Under the pieces are notes generated by a model that was not told the origin of the DNA, did no database searches, and worked only from the letters and a program-made list of their open reading frames with translations. From Acidobacteriota bacterium (GTDB lineage Bacteria; Acidobacteriota; Blastocatellia; RBC074), in assembly GCA_018269055.1 (NCBI GenBank), contig JAFDVI010000001.1, positions 69,443 to 133,442 of the forward strand: a stretch of DNA of 64,000 nucleotides, in the 5' to 3' direction. Made by a program: the position numbers and the translations under genes. Positions within the stretch are counted from its first letter, which is position 1. Each line of letters starts with the position of its first letter. Shown in pieces: positions 60,416 through 64,000 of the stretch.

Positions 60416-60423
60416 GCCTGTCT

Positions 60424-62832
60424 TCAGCAATGAGGCGGAAAGACAGGCATTTTGTAAGCCGCAAGCGGAGCGAACGTCGCTTTGTGTAAATTTCGCCCGC
60501 CGCTAAATGCGTTCGGTAACGTTGGATTTCCCGTATTCAGCACAATCATTGAGCCAAGAATTGCCGCATTGTCGCCAGCGACGAACTTCATCCATCCCGT
60601 GTGGCCGCTCGGCACAAACTGCGAAAAGCGCGGCGCTGTGCGTGGAAATGTCGGCGAAACCGTTTGACGAAACTGACAGCCGCCGCTGGCCACAAAGCTC
60701 AAAGCCCGTTCCTGATCATCAAACAACCATCCGCTGAAATCGCCGATTCCGTCTACTTGTTCAAACAAATTCCCGCCGACCCGGTTGAGAATCACCAAAG
60801 TGAAATTGTTGTCGGCGAAACTGGGCAGATTGCCGGCAATCATTGCGCGCGGCGCCTGGTTATACTTTTCGCCATCGAACGTCAGATTGATTGACAATGC
60901 GTTTTCGTCGCAGGCACAGGGTTCTTTGTTGACGGCGGCAAATGCTTCCGCGCCTAAATTGGCCGAATGCCCGCTCAGCAACGCAACATATTCATCTCCG
61001 ATCAGATAGTTGAAATTGATCGGACACCCAGTCAGGTCATCCACTGCCACCACGATCAAATACCCTGTCACATCCGGATCAATATCCGAAATCATAAAGC
61101 TGGTGGTTTGGCTGCCGGTCATACACAGAAAATTGTCGCTGATGGTGCAACTGTCTCCGGACACGAAAAACTGATGCAGGGTGACTTCTTTCTCAGCCGT
61201 GTTGGTGATGTTGATGCGCGTGTTTTCCTTGTCCGGTGAGGTGGCTTTGGAAGCATACAAATTGAAAAACAATATGGAGCCTGCTTTTTGGGAACTGACC
61301 GGCGTTGATGGGGGTATGGCCGGCTCCGTGGGCGGATACGTGTCACAAACGGAATTGTAGGCATCGCAGGCGCTGACCGTTGTCACAGCATCATTACGAC
61401 CATCGTTGTTGGAGTCAAAAGAAAGATTTTCTTCGACGCAAAATTCTGTTACCTCCTTTTTCGTACTTTCGACCTGGATGAAATACGTGATGGTCACTTC
61501 CTCGCCGACTTCGACATCGCCGTCCCATTGAACCGTACTCTCTCCCGAAAGCCCGCTGGTGCGACAACGTCCTTTTGTGGCAGAACACGACCCGACAGGC
61601 GCAATAATTCCTGGCGATAGTTTGGCCAGAAATTCCGCTCCGGTGTTGTCCTGTTGTGCGGTCACGCCGGAGTTTTTGATGACAGTTTCTACCGTGTAGC
61701 TATTGCTGCATTGACCAGTGCTGGTAAGGGTCAAAAGCGTGTCCTGCTGTTCAAAGAAAGCTCCCGCGACAACGCGAATCCCCTTCACGGATGTGTTGCT
61801 TGCCGGGTTCGGATCGAAGCTATCGGAATTCGCCACGGCTCGATTGAAGTATTTTCCGGCAACCTCCGGCGCTCGCGCAGTGATCGCGAAACTCACGTTT
61901 TCACCCGCCGCCAGCGCGGGAATCGTCGGGAATTCGATGCTGTTGCCAATGACCGGCCCGCCGCCGATTTCCGTGAAGCCCGCAGGCACGGCATCAGTGA
62001 CGACCACATTTCTCGCCTCCGAAGGTCCGGCATTCATCACCGTAATCAGGAACGAAACGACGCCCCGTGGTGGAACCGCAGCGCCGGACGTTTGCGTGGT
62101 CACAACCAAGTCCGCGCTGGGTGAAGTTATTCCGTTGCAAGTATGAAGTGGCGTTGCGCTATTGCGCGGTGCTGGCGGCGCGGTGATGAAATCGGCGCTG
62201 TTGTTACGTATATTCCGGCAACCATCGTCTCGCCGGATCACCGCCGAAGCATTTCCCGTCGAAGGTGCTGGCCCACTGCCTTGATAACAGGTTGCACTGC
62301 CGTAGGCGACAAAATCCACGATGGAGGCTTCTGATTCAACCGATGGGCAAATGCTGTTGGGAGCGTTCGTGAGGTAAAGATTGTTGTTGAGCAAAGCGAC
62401 TCTGCCCGCCGTCGCATCAATTCCGATTGAACCGAAAGCATCTGGCGCGGGCACATTTTTCGCCCCCGTTGCGCCCGGAGAAAGTTGGATCAGGTAATAC
62501 TGCCCCGGTGCAATCGAACCGGACAGATCAACTTTTTGCCAGGCTCCGCTGTTAGCGCTGGCGTATTGCAACGACCAGCCGACCAGACTCGTGGTCATAG
62601 CTCCACGATTGAATAATTCAACAAAATCATTTTTGTAGGTCGTATTGCTACTCCCGCCTCCGCCATAAATCTGGTTGATGACGATTTCAGGGGCGCCGCC
62701 GGCAGCGTGGGACATTTTGGCCAAGCGAATCAATCCAGGAATTAAAACGATCAAGACGCACGCCGTTGCGCCGACACGCAACCAAACAGCGCGGCAATAT
62801 CGAAAACGAATCGTGAGGGGCAGCGTCTTCAT
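60424..62832 (-). CDS. Secreted protein with an N-terminal lamin-tail domain (LTD) and DUF11 repeats
   Basis: The LTD pattern is VINQIYGGGGS...DFVELFN...WSLQY. The DUF11-like block is VVVTDAVPAGFTEIGGGP. Has a signal peptide/anchor. Confidence 0.6.
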   Translation of the reverse strand: MKTLPLTIRFRYCRAVWLRVGATACVLIVLIPGLIRLAKMSHAAGGAPEIVINQIYGGGGSSNTTYKNDFVELFNRGAMTTSLVGWSLQYASANSGAWQKVDLSGSIAPGQYYLIQLSPGATGAKNVPAPDAFGSIGIDATAGRVALLNNNLYLTNAPNSICPSVESEASIVDFVAYGSATCYQGSGPAPSTGNASAVIRRDDGCRNIRNNSADFITAPPAPRNSATPLHTCNGITSPSADLVVTTQTSGAAVPPRGVVSFLITVMNAGPSEARNVVVTDAVPAGFTEIGGGPVIGNSIEFPTIPALAAGENVSFAITARAPEVAGKYFNRAVANSDSFDPNPASNTSVKGIRVVAGAFFEQQDTLLTLTSTGQCSNSYTVETVIKNSGVTAQQDNTGAEFLAKLSPGIIAPVGSCSATKGRCRTSGLSGESTVQWDGDVEVGEEVTITYFIQVESTKKEVTEFCVEENLSFDSNNDGRNDAVTTVSACDAYNSVCDTYPPTEPAIPPSTPVSSQKAGSILFFNLYASKATSPDKENTRINITNTAEKEVTLHQFFVSGDSCTISDNFLCMTGSQTTSFMISDIDPDVTGYLIVVAVDDLTGCPINFNYLIGDEYVALLSGHSANLGAEAFAAVNKEPCACDENALSINLTFDGEKYNQAPRAMIAGNLPSFADNNFTLVILNRVGGNLFEQVDGIGDFSGWLFDDQERALSFVASGGCQFRQTVSPTFPRTAPRFSQFVPSGHTGWMKFVAGDNAAILGSMIVLNTGNPTLPNAFSGGRNLHKATFAPLAAYKMPVFPPHC

Positions 62833-62877
62833 CTATGCGTGAGAAACAACTTGCGAGCAATCGTCTACCGCGACACT

Positions 62878-63576
62878 CTAAACCGGATTTTCTGATTTTT
62901 CCCCAAATAATTTTTCAGGGTCGCAGTTTACCAAACTGGAAACAATCCAATCGGCCTTTGCCAACTCATCGGCCTTGTAACTGTTCGTTACTGCCAAACA
63001 CCACATTCCTGCCCGTTTCGCCGCTTCAACGCCTGCAACGGAATCTTCGATCACCAAACATTCGTTTGGATGAATCTGGTCAACGCCAAGCGCATTCAAC
63101 GCGGCCAACGCCTTGTTGTACCCTTCCGGATCCGGCTTGCAGATCGTCACATCTTCGGAAGCGATGATTTCCTTGAAGCATTCGCGAATGCCTCCGCGTT
63201 GCAGCACGACTTCGATTTCTCCGCGCAATGCGCCGGAAGCAATCGCCAGTGGGTAGTTTGCCGCCAGCGTTTTGACCAGATCAGCGGCTCCAGGGAATAG
63301 TAGGAATCGGCCTTCAATAGCTTCGTAGTAATAATTGGCTTTGCGTTTGATTAGTTCGGCGACAAACATCACATCAGAAGCAAGCTCTGCCCGTCCCGCG
63401 TCATTTAGTGCAGCGGTAAAGCAGCCCCGGTCGTCGTAACCGAGATATTTTGCGTGATAATCCTCGTCGGTTAGCGCGATGCTTTCTTCGCCCAGCACGC
63501 GGCGAAACAATTCCAGATGCAGTGGTTCGTCATCAACGATGATTCCGTTGAAATCGAAAATTACGGCTTTCAGCAT
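62878..63576 (-). CDS. HAD-superfamily hydrolase, subfamily IA (beta-phosphoglucomutase/phosphatase-like)
   Basis: Motif I is VIFDFNGIIVDDE. Motif III/IV is VIEDSVAGVEAAKRAGM. 232 aa. Confidence 0.8.
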   Translation of the reverse strand: MLKAVIFDFNGIIVDDEPLHLELFRRVLGEESIALTDEDYHAKYLGYDDRGCFTAALNDAGRAELASDVMFVAELIKRKANYYYEAIEGRFLLFPGAADLVKTLAANYPLAIASGALRGEIEVVLQRGGIRECFKEIIASEDVTICKPDPEGYNKALAALNALGVDQIHPNECLVIEDSVAGVEAAKRAGMWCLAVTNSYKADELAKADWIVSSLVNCDPEKLFGEKSENPV

Positions 63577-63691
63577 TTTGATGAGTCAGTTTCCTTTTGA
63601 TAAATGAGGGTTGATCGTCCAGAATTGGTGCGCAATTGGTGAGGCTGCTAGCCAATCCGGATTCCGCATTCTGCAATCTGAAATCGAATTT

Positions 63692-63985
63692 ATGCAACTG
63701 GCTCGGGTCAAAGGAACCGTCGTTTCAACCATAAAAAATTCAACGCTGACGGCGCGAAAACTGATGGTGATTCAACCATTGGATGGAAATCTGAAAGCTT
63801 CGGGAAAACCGATGGTCGCAGTGGATTCCGTGGGCGCGGGCGCGGGGGAATTGGTGTTTTGGTGTCGCGGTAAAGAAGCCAGCTTTCCGTTTGAAGGCAG
63901 TGAAGTCCCGACCGATTGCACCATCGTCGGCATTGTGGATTCCGAAGCGCACGTAAAGGCCATCGCAACAGGAGGCAAGGCGTGA
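63692..63985 (+). CDS. Bacterial microcompartment vertex protein (EutN/CcmL/PduN family)
   Basis: 97 aa (MQLARVKGTVVSTIK...KLMVIQPLD...MVAVDSVGAGAGELVF), the EutN/CcmL fold signature. The Met at 63692 is preferred over the ORF-track start at 63611. No obvious RBS. Confidence 0.65.
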   Translation: MQLARVKGTVVSTIKNSTLTARKLMVIQPLDGNLKASGKPMVAVDSVGAGAGELVFWCRGKEASFPFEGSEVPTDCTIVGIVDSEAHVKAIATGGKA

Positions 63986-64000
63986 TTCTGGCCAGAGTGT

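Overview
This is a high-GC chromosomal segment of about 50 genes, densely packed and strongly operonic. Three secreted proteins carry a C-terminal domain of the Acidobacteria-specific 'Solibacter C-terminal' type (TIGR03437-like), which points to an Acidobacteria origin (Solibacter/Bryobacter-like).

Most of the window is ordinary. Housekeeping genes include pyrE, a UbiE/MenG-type methyltransferase, fabF, xth, fhs, an RRM glycine-rich RNA-binding protein and an NCS2 purine permease. There are two VapBC toxin-antitoxin pairs. Many secreted hydrolases are present: a BNR/sortilin-like protein, a sulfatase, a CocE/NonD peptidase, a matrixin-like metalloprotease, a D-aminoacylase, a penicillin-acylase family enzyme, a six-hairpin glycoside hydrolase and a lamin-tail/DUF11 protein.

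The standout is an ~11.4 kb minus-strand operon (16139-27566) of six tightly packed or overlapping genes. Five of them carry receiver (REC) domains, and three share an atypical insertion after the phospho-acceptor Asp. The outputs are unusual: S1-S1-REC-GAF-histidine kinase; a 1733-aa REC-multiGAF-PAS-HATPase giant; a degenerate stand-alone REC; REC-2TM; and REC-pseudokinase-OmpR winged helix. A tandem direct repeat sits upstream of a trailing hypothetical gene. I propose this as an undescribed multi-REC phosphorelay, possibly a Detocs-like module with an RNA-sensing kinase, a REC buffer and a REC-TM effector.

Other notable items:
- A candidate selenoprotein, GrdB/PrdB-like, with an in-frame TGA and a SECIS-like hairpin, translationally coupled to the purine permease.
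- An MtrAB-like decaheme cytochrome plus 715-aa outer-membrane beta-barrel module.
- A separate c-type cytochrome operon: pentaheme, monoheme, NapC/NrfH-like, and a small TM protein.
- A BMC vertex (EutN/CcmL) gene at the right window edge.

No rRNA, tRNA, CRISPR or transposase was found. The gene at the left edge is truncated by the window and does not appear in the ORF track.
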